A stretch of DNA of 64,000 nucleotides from Myxococcales bacterium (GCA_047601445.1 JASGJH010000001.1:8000001-8064000), one strand, 5' to 3'; positions 11,561 to 20,368 are shown, counted from the stretch's first letter. The notes: generated by a model from the sequence alone, not told the origin. Translations and numbers: made by a program.

Positions 11561-12679
11561 TTACCCGGCCTTCAACAACCCTGCGCTCGCCGTGCTCGAG
11601 GAGCGAGCGCCCAGCTCGCGCATGTGATGCCCGATGCGCGCGATGGCCGGACCGCACTCCGGGGCGAAGCTCGCGAAGAGCTGGAATACGTGCACCATGC
11701 CGGGTTCCACCTGGTGCACCACCTCCACACCGGCGCGCCGCGCGTTCTCGGCCAAGAGCGTGTTCTCCGAGAAGAACAGCTCTGCGTCTCCGCTCTGGAT
11801 CAACAGGGGCGGCAGGCCGGAGAGATCGGCAAACAGCGGCGACACCTCGGGATGACTGGGATCGTGCCCCTGCAGGTAGTGCCGCGCGCCAAAGCCCAGG
11901 CTGTCCGGCGTGAGGTAGTCGTACTGGGCGTTACCTTGCACCGACGCGCCCGTGAAGGTGAGGTCGACCCAGGGCGATAGCAGCACGCCGCCGCGCGGTA
12001 GGGGCACGCCGCTCTGCTTGGCGCGCAACATCACCGCCAGCGCCATGCCGCCGCCCGCCGAGTCACCGCCGAGGAAGATGCGCTCGGGCGGGACCCCCGA
12101 GGCGAGCAGGGCGCGGTAGGCCTCTTCGCCGTCGTCGACGGGAATCGGATACGGGTACTCGGGGGCCTTGCGATAGTCGACGCTGATGCAGCGCGCCCCC
12201 GACGCGCGCGCGATGCGCGTGAGCAGATCTCGATGGGTGGCCGGGGAACCCGCGATGTAGCCGCCGCCGTGGAAGTAAAGGAGGGTAGGTCCGTCGGGGG
12301 TCCAGCGGCGCGGCGTGAAGATCTCAGCGTAGCTCTGGCCGTGGCTCGTGCGCTGGTGGCGCACCGAGAAGCGCAGGTGCAGCGGGATGGGCGCCGTCAT
12401 GAGGCTGCGGCGCAGCACGTTCGGCTCCACGTCGAGCAGCCGCAGCGTGGTATTGCGGGCAATCTCCGCGACCAGTTCCTTGCGAAAGCTCCACAGCGGA
12501 TGCCGGCGTCCCCGGAACAAGCGCCGGAACAGCACGACCCAGAAGGTGGGAATCACCACCGCGAGGAACAGCAAAAGGGCTCCCCAGGAGGGCAGTAAGC
12601 TGCGCTTTCTTCGAAGCTGGACCGAGCTGACGGGCAAAAGAGCGACTCCACGTGGAGAACGAGTCCCCCTGCCTATCAC
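11561..12679 (-). CDS. Alpha/beta hydrolase (HSL-family esterase)
   Basis: HGGGY, DYRKAPE, GDSAGG, LLSPWVD, GMVHVF; start uncertain. Confidence 0.9.
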   Translation of the reverse strand: MIGRGTRSPRGVALLPVSSVQLRRKRSLLPSWGALLLFLAVVIPTFWVVLFRRLFRGRRHPLWSFRKELVAEIARNTTLRLLDVEPNVLRRSLMTAPIPLHLRFSVRHQRTSHGQSYAEIFTPRRWTPDGPTLLYFHGGGYIAGSPATHRDLLTRIARASGARCISVDYRKAPEYPYPIPVDDGEEAYRALLASGVPPERIFLGGDSAGGGMALAVMLRAKQSGVPLPRGGVLLSPWVDLTFTGASVQGNAQYDYLTPDSLGFGARHYLQGHDPSHPEVSPLFADLSGLPPLLIQSGDAELFFSENTLLAENARRAGVEVVHQVEPGMVHVFQLFASFAPECGPAIARIGHHMRELGARSSSTASAGLLKAG

Positions 12680-12845
12680 ACCCGGGGGTGTTCTAAGCGC
12701 TCACAAGTGTGGTTGGGTAGCGCCGATTACAACCGATTTCCCTGCCTTGACATCCCCCTTTGCGGCATGCTTACTGACGCTGCACTCACTATCGCTAGCC
12801 GGGGACAAACCGGCGCGGCCCAAAGCAATCCGGGGAGAAGTCGCG

Positions 12846-13874
12846 ATGCAGACCTGGCAGCGTTGGCTGGCGAAACGAGAGTCCTGGCGCGAACAGCTCC
12901 ATGCCGGCATCGCCAGCGTGATGCCCGGGCTCGACCCCGCCTACCGCGAACGCTGCGCCGACGTGATCGAGCGGCTCGGTCGCTACTTCGATCCCGAGGT
13001 GCGCGGGCTCTCGAACCTGCCCGCCCGGGGCCCCTATCTGCTGGTGGGAAACCATTCGGGCGGGGCCTACACCCCCGACGCGCCGATCTTCGCGGCCGCC
13101 TACCTGCGCCACTGGGGCATGAGCGCGCCCCTGCGGCCCCTCGCCCACAACCTGCTTTTCAGCCTGCCTAGCGTGCGGACCTTCATGCAGAGGATTGGGG
13201 CGCTGCCGGCGAGTCCGCAGAACGCGGCGCAGGCCCTGGCGCGCGGGGAGATCGTGCTGGTCTATCCGGGCGGTGATTACGAGTCGCAGCGCCCGTTCAC
13301 CCAGAGTCGGCGCGTGGACTTCGGCGGTCGCAAGGGCTTCATTCGTCTGGCGCTGGAGCAGGGGGTGCCCGTGATCCCCGTGGTTTGCCACGGGGCCAAC
13401 GAGACAGTCGTTACGCTCACGCGGGGCGAGTGGTTGGCCAAAGTCACCGGGCTGACTCACATGACGCGCACCAAGGTCTTGCCGCTGCGCTTGAGTCTGC
13501 CCTTCGGCGTGGTGCCCGCCTTCGTGCCTCATTGGCCGCTGCCCTCCAAGATCACCATCGAGGTCGGGCATCCCATGGCGTGGCGTCACTTCGGCCCGGA
13601 AGACGCCAAGAACCCGGCGCTGATCGACGCGCTCTACGACGACATCGTGGGCGTGATGCAGCAAACCCTGGACGGGCTGTACCGCGAGCGACCCAACCCC
13701 TATGCCGCGCGCGCCTCACGCTCGGTCGCCAGCAAACACGCGATCTGGCCGGCCTTGCCCCACCGTGCGCTGGCTCTGCGCGAGCGCCCGAGCGCGCCCG
13801 TGCGTCGGCCGATCCCGCGGGTCATCAATCTGGCCGAGCGTCGTCAGCGATCGTCGCGCCACGCGGCGCGTTAG
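12846..13874 (+). CDS. Lysophospholipid/glycerolipid acyltransferase (PlsC/DAGAT-like)
   Basis: LVGNHSGG...D, VYPGG, RKGFIRLAL, PVIPV. Confidence 0.85.
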   Translation: MQTWQRWLAKRESWREQLHAGIASVMPGLDPAYRERCADVIERLGRYFDPEVRGLSNLPARGPYLLVGNHSGGAYTPDAPIFAAAYLRHWGMSAPLRPLAHNLLFSLPSVRTFMQRIGALPASPQNAAQALARGEIVLVYPGGDYESQRPFTQSRRVDFGGRKGFIRLALEQGVPVIPVVCHGANETVVTLTRGEWLAKVTGLTHMTRTKVLPLRLSLPFGVVPAFVPHWPLPSKITIEVGHPMAWRHFGPEDAKNPALIDALYDDIVGVMQQTLDGLYRERPNPYAARASRSVASKHAIWPALPHRALALRERPSAPVRRPIPRVINLAERRQRSSRHAAR

Positions 13875-13879
13875 GACGC

Positions 13880-15028
13880 CTAGAGCGTGGTCTCGAGGAG
13901 CGGCCACAGCTCGGGGCGCGCGGCGGCGATGCTGGCCCCCATCGCCACCACATGCTCGGGGTTCAGATCGGTGCGCAACTTGCGGCCGAAGTACTCGCTC
14001 ACCATCGACTGCAGGAGCGTGAGGCGCGAACTGCCGCCCGCCAGGAACACCGCCTGGATGTCGCGCGCCCGCAGGCCCGCGCTGGAAAGCACGGCGTCGC
14101 AATGGCCGAAGGTGCGGCGGATGAGCGGGCCCGCCGCCGCGTTCAGCATGTCCCGGTCGACGAAGGCCTCCGTGAGGGAGGGCGGAGCCGCGGGATCGAT
14201 GGCGGTAATGTCGAGGCGCTGTCGCTCGTGCTCCGCGAGGCCGCACTTGGCTTCCTCGCAGGCCAGCACCAGGCGCGCGAAGGTGACCGGCTCCGAGCGC
14301 AGATCCCAGCCCGCCGTACGCAGCACGCGCTCGCACACCATCTCGGCCAGGCTGCGATCGATGTCGTCGCCTCCGAGATAGGCATCGCCCTCGTTGCCGA
14401 GCACCTTGAACGGGAAGGTGGTGCAGTCGATGACCGCGAAGTCGAAGGTGCCGCCCCCGAAGTCGTAGACGGCCGCGTAGCGCAGGCTCGCGCGCTGCAG
14501 GTAGGCGATGGCGGTGGCGACCGGCTCCTCGATCACCTTCACGTCGGCGAAGCCCGCGCGCGACATGGCCTCCAAGGTGGCGCGCCGGGCCGGCTCGCGG
14601 AACGAGGTCGGCACGGTGATGACGGTGGATAAGCCGTCGGGCGCGATGTCGCTGCGCATGCACAGGTGGGAGACGATCAGCGAGGCGACTTCGACCGGAC
14701 GGATGCGGCCTGCGCGCGTCTCGAACTGCACGCCGCCCTCGGGGCTCTGCACGAGCTCGTGGGGATACTGCTCGCGAAACTGTCGCGTGGCGTAGGAGGT
14801 CCAGTTCTCGCCCATCAAGCGCTTGGATGCGTAGATGGTGTTGCGCGGATCGATGGCGCGTCGCTGCCGGGCCTCCGCGCCGACGATGGCGCCGCCGCCC
14901 GGCAAGAGTCCCACCACGGAAGGCATCAGCGTGGAGCGGGCTTCGCCGTCGACGAGGGGCAATACCTGCGCGCTACGAGCGGCCACGCTGTTGGTGGTGC
15001 CGAGGTCGATCCCGAGTGAGCGTCGCAT
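13880..15028 (-). CDS. Hsp70-family protein, nucleotide-binding domain only
   Basis: GIDLGTTNS, VITVP, IEEPVA, YDFGGGTFD, LGGDDID, LAGGSSR; ends at 382 aa with no substrate-binding domain. Confidence 0.9.
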   Translation of the reverse strand: MRRSLGIDLGTTNSVAARSAQVLPLVDGEARSTLMPSVVGLLPGGGAIVGAEARQRRAIDPRNTIYASKRLMGENWTSYATRQFREQYPHELVQSPEGGVQFETRAGRIRPVEVASLIVSHLCMRSDIAPDGLSTVITVPTSFREPARRATLEAMSRAGFADVKVIEEPVATAIAYLQRASLRYAAVYDFGGGTFDFAVIDCTTFPFKVLGNEGDAYLGGDDIDRSLAEMVCERVLRTAGWDLRSEPVTFARLVLACEEAKCGLAEHERQRLDITAIDPAAPPSLTEAFVDRDMLNAAAGPLIRRTFGHCDAVLSSAGLRARDIQAVFLAGGSSRLTLLQSMVSEYFGRKLRTDLNPEHVVAMGASIAAARPELWPLLETTL

Positions 15029-15064
15029 TGTGCTCCAGGGATGTAGCCTGATTTGGCGACCTGT

Positions 15065-16477
15065 TCAAAAGCGTGATGCGGGTTCTTGGCGCGGAATTAA
15101 GAGTTCCTGCACCGCTTGCGGGAGGTACTGCGCGAGCTCCTCCGGGTGAGGCAACAGGTTGGCCGCCGCCAGGAAGCCAAAATCGACCTGGTCCGCATAG
15201 CTCATTACGGTGATGTTGAGTCCCACCCCTTCGACCACTGGGCCGAGCGGATAGGCCGCGACGAGCCGCGAGCCGACGAAATAGAGCGGCACGCGCGGGC
15301 CCGGCACGTTGGAGATCGACACGTTGTAGAGCGGTCGATGTCGTTCAGCGATACGATATTTGGTGTACAAGCGCGCCGCAGTGCTGAAAACACGGGGTGC
15401 CATCAGCTCCGCCCAGCTGCTCACCATGTCGCCGCCGAGCAGGCTGTGCTCCTCCTTCGCCCCGCGCGTCACGGCCCGAATCACGCTCACCCGCTCCTGG
15501 GGATCCTCCAGGTTCGTGGCGAGCGACGTGAACAGCGCCGAAATCTGGTTGCCGCCGGTTCGACCCCGACCGCGTACCGCGATGGGGCAGGCCGCGACCA
15601 GCGGGGCCAGCGGAAGCTCACCCCGACTCTCGAGATAGCGACGCAGGGTCCCGGCGCACAGGGCGAGCACGATGTCGTTGCTCGTGGCGCCGTGGATTTT
15701 TCGCATCGCCTTGATGTCGCTTTGCGACACGCGTGCAAAAGTCGCGCTGCGTTGCGCGGTGATGGGGGCGTTCCAGGGCGTGCGCGGTGCGTCCAGCAGC
15801 GTGGCCCCCGAGCGATGCTCCCCGCTCTGCCGACGCGCGTAGAAATCAGACAGCGCGCCCGAGGTGCGCCGGACCAGGTCGGCCAGATCGCGGCGCTTGC
15901 CCAGGCGGGATGCCACCGCGTCACGCAGCAGGGTGAACTCGTTGGGCACATCGTCGTCGTCGGTATCGTCCGCTTCGACAGGCGGCGGCGTCGGGGCGTC
16001 CGGCGAGACGCTGAACATGCTGGCCAGGAGCGATGCCCCCGTCATCCCGTCCGCGATGGAGTGGTGGACCTTGGCCACCAGGGCGAAGCGCCCGTGAGCG
16101 AGCCCCTCCACCACCCAGACCTCCCAGAGCGGGCGCGCCCGATCCAGCGGCGTACTCAAAATGCGCGCGGACAGATCGGCCAGCTCGCGAACGCCGTGGG
16201 GCGCGGGGCAACCCACGCGTCGGATGTGATGGATGGAGTCGAAGTGCGGATCCTTGACCCACACGGGATGGTCGATGCCGAAGGGGACTTCGACCAGGCG
16301 GTTGTGTAGCTCCGGTCGGCGGCGCGCTTCCTGCTCGATGCGGTCGTGCACGCGCTCGAACGAGTAGCCCTCCTTGGAGTCCTTGGGATCGAGCACTGCG
16401 ATCAGCGCCACATGCATGTGCATGGTAGGCGTTTCCACGTACAAGAACGACGCGTCCAAGCCGGTCAGTCGCTGCAT
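15065..16477 (-). CDS. Wax ester/triacylglycerol synthase O-acyltransferase (WS/DGAT)
   Basis: LTGLDASFL, LDRARPLWE, HHSIADG catalytic motif, SNVPGP. Confidence 0.95.
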   Translation of the reverse strand: MQRLTGLDASFLYVETPTMHMHVALIAVLDPKDSKEGYSFERVHDRIEQEARRRPELHNRLVEVPFGIDHPVWVKDPHFDSIHHIRRVGCPAPHGVRELADLSARILSTPLDRARPLWEVWVVEGLAHGRFALVAKVHHSIADGMTGASLLASMFSVSPDAPTPPPVEADDTDDDDVPNEFTLLRDAVASRLGKRRDLADLVRRTSGALSDFYARRQSGEHRSGATLLDAPRTPWNAPITAQRSATFARVSQSDIKAMRKIHGATSNDIVLALCAGTLRRYLESRGELPLAPLVAACPIAVRGRGRTGGNQISALFTSLATNLEDPQERVSVIRAVTRGAKEEHSLLGGDMVSSWAELMAPRVFSTAARLYTKYRIAERHRPLYNVSISNVPGPRVPLYFVGSRLVAAYPLGPVVEGVGLNITVMSYADQVDFGFLAAANLLPHPEELAQYLPQAVQELLIPRQEPASRF

Positions 16478-16556
16478 GCTCGAGCCACCCCGCAGGGAGA
16501 TTGGCCCACCGAAGCCGGCGTGGCCACAGCTCGTGCGAAGATTGGCCCGAACTCGC

Positions 16557-17486
16557 TCAGCCCGGCGGCAGTCTCAGCTCGACCACCAGTGGACAGTGAT
16601 CGCTGAGCTTGACGTGCTCGCTGGCGTTGCTAGCGGCGCTCGGCAATTCCAGGAAGCTGCCCGGCGTGAGCCAGCCCGTGGCGGGGCCCCCGAGCAAGAT
16701 GTGATCGACCGCCTGATGGGATTCCTTGGTGCAAGCCGCGCGGCGTGCCGGAGTGGCCTGGCTCAGCTTCAAGGACTGGGGCTCGCCGTCGTCCAGATCT
16801 CGCAAGACCTCGTCGCCAGCGTCGCTCATGGCCCGATTGAAATCACCGATCACGGCAAAGGCGCCGCCCTCGCGCGCTCGCGAGTCGACCCAGCCTTCGA
16901 GCGCGGGCAGCTGAGCCTTGAGCTGTTGACAGTCCTTGTCGGTGCTGTCGAGTGGACCCGTGGCGCAGAATGCCTTGAGGTGCACCGAGAGGAGGCGCAG
17001 CTCCTGTTCGCCGATCTTGATGCCGAGGTCGGCGCCCGCGCGCAGGTGCTGGCCTGCGAGTGAATCGAGATCGGGGTGGCTCACCGTGTTGAGCGAGCGT
17101 TTGTACACGAAGCCGCTGCGCTGGGAGCCGCCGCGATTGGCCAGATGATAGGCGTAGCGCTCCGGAGGAAACACCAGGGCGAGGGCAAGATCGCTCGCCA
17201 CTTCTTGCACGGCGATCACGTCGGCGTCGAGCTGCTTGGCTATCTGTGCGAGCGCCTGATAGTCGCGCCGATCGCGCGGCTTGGGGCCGCGTCCGGGCTC
17301 GTCGAGCCACTCGAGATTCCAGCTCGCGACGCGCACGCTGAGCGGGCCGAGTTTGGTGGCGGGCGCATCGGCCGCGGCCGCGGGCTTCTGATCCTTGGCG
17401 CCTACGATGCTCTTCACATAGGGCCTGATTTGATCGGCGCAGCGGGCGAAAAACAGCAGCGCCGAGAGGGCGAACCAGACGCGCAT
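16557..17486 (-). CDS. Endonuclease/exonuclease/phosphatase family protein, probably exported
   Basis: ASWNLEW, AVQEV, VHLKA, GDFN, DHI, SDHCP; hydrophobic N-terminus. Confidence 0.85.
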   Translation of the reverse strand: MRVWFALSALLFFARCADQIRPYVKSIVGAKDQKPAAAADAPATKLGPLSVRVASWNLEWLDEPGRGPKPRDRRDYQALAQIAKQLDADVIAVQEVASDLALALVFPPERYAYHLANRGGSQRSGFVYKRSLNTVSHPDLDSLAGQHLRAGADLGIKIGEQELRLLSVHLKAFCATGPLDSTDKDCQQLKAQLPALEGWVDSRAREGGAFAVIGDFNRAMSDAGDEVLRDLDDGEPQSLKLSQATPARRAACTKESHQAVDHILLGGPATGWLTPGSFLELPSAASNASEHVKLSDHCPLVVELRLPPG

Positions 17487-17572
17487 GGCCGTGCGACGTC
17501 GTGTGGAAGGAGGCATCGGAGGAGCAACGTGATCCGGGGGGAAGAGGCGGGCAAGTTTTGGTGGATGTGAGC

Positions 17573-17760
17573 GGGGAAGGAGGGTGGGGAGGAGTGGGAG
17601 GGGAGGGGGCGGTGGCGGGAGACCGTGGCCGTGACGGTGGCCGTGGCGGGAGACCGTGGCCGTGGCCGTGGCGGAGGCGGTGTCAGAAGCCGTGGCGGTC
17701 GCGGAGACTGTGGCGGCGGCGGAGACTGTGGCGGTGGCGGAGACCCGAACCGAGACTGAG
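17573..17760 (+). repeat. G-rich tract followed by degenerate hexamer-period repeats (CCGTGG/GCGGAG/ACTGTG)
   Basis: Directly visible low-complexity intergenic sequence upstream of the tRNA. Confidence 0.7.
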
Positions 17761-17820
17761 GGCCGTGATTTGACTAAGGGGGGTTCACGCGGCACATCCC
17801 CGACCCGGGCTTCGGCCCGC

Positions 17821-17901
17821 GCGAGGATGGCGGAATGGCAGACGCGGCGGATTTAGGTTCCGTTGGGGCAACTCGTGGGGGTTCAAGTCCCCCTCCTCGC
17901 A
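17821..17901 (+). tRNA. tRNA-Leu(TAG), reconstituted at attL; CCA not encoded
   Basis: Acceptor GCGAGGA/TCCTCGC, anticodon arm GCGGA-TTTAGGT-TCCGT, long variable arm, T arm GGGGG-TTCAAGT-CCCCC, discriminator A. Confidence 0.93.
17852..17865 (+). other. attL core
   Basis: TTTAGGTTCCGTTG is identical to 53587-53600 and begins exactly at the anticodon loop. Confidence 0.9.
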
Positions 17902-18053
17902 CTTTCCCGAAGCCATTCCCGTCGGTTAAAGCATTCTGAAAACAAGCTGATTTCCCGCGCTTTTTGGTCAAAGCGGGGGATCGCCACGGAAAGCCGAGAC
18001 GGAACCTCGTTGCTCAGCTGTGCTCCTCAGTTCTCCCTAATGCTCCCGGGTCG

Positions 18054-18072
18054 TGGAGCCATCTTGGAGCCA
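18054..18072 (+). promoter_or_regulatory. Putative integrase arm-type sites (TGGAGCCA x2)
   Basis: TGGAGCCA-TCT-TGGAGCCA; the same pair occurs at 53520-53538. Confidence 0.75.
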
Positions 18073-18196
18073 CTGTGGGTGCACGCTATTTCTGGATCGC
18101 CCTGTTTTGCAGCAACTCCGCCATGAGGGCGGGCGCGTTGACGGATCCAGGGGAGGGCAGGGAGCCCGACGCTGTGTGCGTCTCCGGAGGTGCTCG

Positions 18197-18412
18197 ATGA
18201 GCACCGTCGCTCTCTGGTTCTCGGTGGACGCGGTTGAAATCGCTGAGCTGCGTGAACGCGTTGACCGCAACGCTGAGCCATGGGCGGATGCCTTGGATGT
18301 CGCGCCTCGTCCGCACATCGAACTTTACGTGACCAGGATCATCGCCCGCATCGAGGTCCAGGCGGCCTATCGCGCAAGGGCGCTGCGTACGGAGCGCTGC
18401 AGCCAGCACTAA
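18197..18412 (+). CDS. Phage hypothetical protein
   Basis: GGAGG RBS before ATG; 71 aa. Confidence 0.55.
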   Translation: MSTVALWFSVDAVEIAELRERVDRNAEPWADALDVAPRPHIELYVTRIIARIEVQAAYRARALRTERCSQH

Positions 18413-18434
18413 CTCACGTCAGGAGAGCACAAAC

Positions 18435-18668
18435 ATGGAAGCCAAAGACCGTACGAACCTCAGTGCTCTTGCGCGCAGCGCCTTCGAGGCGCTGCGAGCT
18501 CCCGGGCAGGTCTGTCCGACATGCCGCGCGGATGATGCCGTGCGTGCGGCGCTCGCCACGCCCAGCTACGAAGCGATGACGCTGGAGCAACGCGCCAAGC
18601 TGGCGGGCCGACTTGTGTTCGCGCCGAAGCGGCCGGCCGGGAAGAGCTGGAAGCCGCTGCGCGCTTGA
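18435..18668 (+). CDS. Phage hypothetical protein (CxxC)
   Basis: AGGAG RBS, 77 aa, CPTC. Confidence 0.55.
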   Translation: MEAKDRTNLSALARSAFEALRAPGQVCPTCRADDAVRAALATPSYEAMTLEQRAKLAGRLVFAPKRPAGKSWKPLRA

Positions 18669-18963
18669 AAGACCCGGCGAGCAAACCTCGCCGGGTGTCC
18701 TGTTCACAGCGGGAGCTTTTCAGGCTTGCGCCTGCGACGCTTTCCGCGCACCTGTTTCCAGAATGCCGAGACAATGAAGCGGCAATTCTTGCGCTTCTGG
18801 TGTCGTTCCTTAGACATGGCTACGCCTTCCTCCAGCGAGAGTGGTCGCTAGAGTTGACCTCTGCCCGAAGGCATCGGGGGTTGACCTCCGCCCCGACCGG
18901 CTGCAAGTATCAGTGTATCGGTTGACCGACACTCACAGCCGCAAGGTTGTTGTTGGTTGCGAA

Positions 18964-19000
18964 GAGGAGCCCGCGGTTACCGCCGCGGGCTCTTCGTTTT
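18964..19000 (+). terminator. Intrinsic terminator
   Basis: GAGGAGCCCGCGG-TTACCG-CCGCGGGCTCTTC followed by GTTTT. Confidence 0.75.
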
Positions 19001-19249
19001 GGGGCCTGGCACTCAGCTCATGACACTCCGTCTCCTCGTGTGCGCCTGGCGTTCTGATCTGCCCGCGAAGTGGGGGGCGTGGCAAGAAAATACAGATGCG
19101 CGTTTGCGTCCGCCCTCGGCTGGATGCTCTCGGCGCAGTCGAGACCACCAGCAGACAGCGCGTGCTGCGATCGATCTAAAGAGAACGCGGTGCGCAGTCA
19201 AGGAACCCGGAGCTGTATACAGGACGAAAAAGATCAAATTGAGCGATTT

Positions 19250-19324
19250 GATCTCATCGCGCAGTCGGTAGAGCAGCGCATTCGTAATGCGCAGGTCGCT
19301 GGTTCGAGTCCCGGCGTCGCCACC
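19250..19324 (+). pseudogene. Degenerate tRNA-Thr(CGT)-like sequence
   Basis: CAGTCGGTAGAGCA GCGCA-TTCGTAA-TGCGC AGGTC GCTGG-TTCGAGT; anticodon arm perfect, but the 5' acceptor strand does not pair and the D and T stems are imperfect. Confidence 0.7.
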
Positions 19325-19544
19325 TGCGCGTGTGCGGCGCGCATGGTTCTCATGAAAAAATGCATGAAAACCCCGATGAAGTGACTGGTTTTGCGCGCTC
19401 TTTTGTGTTTGCGTGCAACACCAAAAATCGCGAGCTCACGCGCCATTGCCCGTTGGCGATAGCGTGGACGCTATCGCGATGCTGTACCGTGAAGACGGTA
19501 CAACATGACGTAGGCCCAACGTGTCGCCGGGCGATCCGGGCTTG

Positions 19545-19691
19545 CCCATAGCGCTAACGCCAATAGTGCCCTCGCCAATAGCGCCAACGCTATTAGCTAC
19601 GCCTAGCAAGGCAACCCCGAACGCCACGCTGCTACTGGTGTGCTGTTAGCGGTCGACCGCTAGCGGTTTGTTGGCGGTTCGCTAACGGTTT
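19545..19691. repeat. 15-bp and 11-bp imperfect tandem repeats plus a 16-bp palindrome
   Basis: CCCATAGCGCTAACG/CCAATAGTGCCCTCG/CCAATAGCGCCAACG; GCTAGCGGTTT/GTTGGCGGTTC/GCTAACGGTTT; TAGCGGTCGACCGCTA. Confidence 0.75.
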
Positions 19692-19795
19692 GCGCACCGA
19701 ACTGTCTAGACAGCTCCCGACTAGTCACTCCGTGTCTAGCCTCGATGTGCCTCTCTACACCGCAGGCGCGTTTCCGCGAGGACGGCCCAAGCAAG

Positions 19796-20014
19796 TCAGG
19801 GCAGGACTGTGAACAAGGCGTGCGCCAGCGGGGCGCCCCCGATTGCGAGAGCAATCAGCACGCCGACCACCTTGCGATGCTTCCACAAGAAGCCGATGAC
19901 GTCGGGCCGGTCCCGGATTTCCTGCACGATGCCCTTGAGCTCGGTCACGTCGGAACGCAGTCCGGTTACCTGCTCCTCAACTCGTACTAGACGCTCAACG
20001 TCGTCACGCTCCAT
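19796..20014 (-). CDS. Small coiled-coil + single-TM protein (holin/XhlA-like)
   Basis: ERLVRVEEQVTGLRSDVTELK coiled coil, then one hydrophobic helix; lies at the end of the late operon. Confidence 0.55.
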   Translation of the reverse strand: MERDDVERLVRVEEQVTGLRSDVTELKGIVQEIRDRPDVIGFLWKHRKVVGVLIALAIGGAPLAHALFTVLP

Positions 20015-20119
20015 GTCTGCTCCGTGGGCGCGGCGTAAGCGTGCGCAGGCCCGTACCGGAGAGGGCGCACAAGGGCTTTTCGCCTGCTCCACCGGCGCGA
20101 TCGGATAGACTCGCTAGCT

Positions 20120-20368
20120 ATGGCTCACAAAGAAGAATTCGCGGGTTGGGAACGCATCGTGCTCGTGCGCAAAGGCCTCGCTCAGGACGCGCACGAGAAG
20201 GGCTTGCTCACCACCGAACTCGCGCAGGAGTTCGTAGACGCGATTGCGCTCGGGAGCTCCGACACCACCAATCCAGCAAAGGTGTTGATGGTCGAACAAG
20301 CTCTGGACCGCATCGCGTCACGGCATGGGCTCGCAAGACGCGCCCCGACGAGGTTGCCAAAGGTCTAG
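20120..20368 (+). CDS. Phage hypothetical protein
   Basis: 82 aa ORF with protein-like composition, opposite strand to the late operon. Confidence 0.45.
   Translation: MAHKEEFAGWERIVLVRKGLAQDAHEKGLLTTELAQEFVDAIALGSSDTTNPAKVLMVEQALDRIASRHGLARRAPTRLPKV

Noticed and set aside
13880..15028. dnaK or a truncated dnaK pseudogene
   Set aside because: Divergent complete NBD with a clean stop, and no downstream substrate-binding remnant or grpE/dnaJ
17487..17795. N-terminal extension of the EEP ORF and ORFs across the repeat tract
   Set aside because: Low-complexity translation of intergenic repeats overlapping the likely tRNA promoter
19250..19324. Functional tRNA-Thr
   Set aside because: The acceptor stem cannot form canonically and the D and T stems are mismatched; kept only as a degenerate element
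19545..19691. CRISPR array
   Set aside because: Units are short, imperfect and contiguous with no unique spacers; no cas genes in the window
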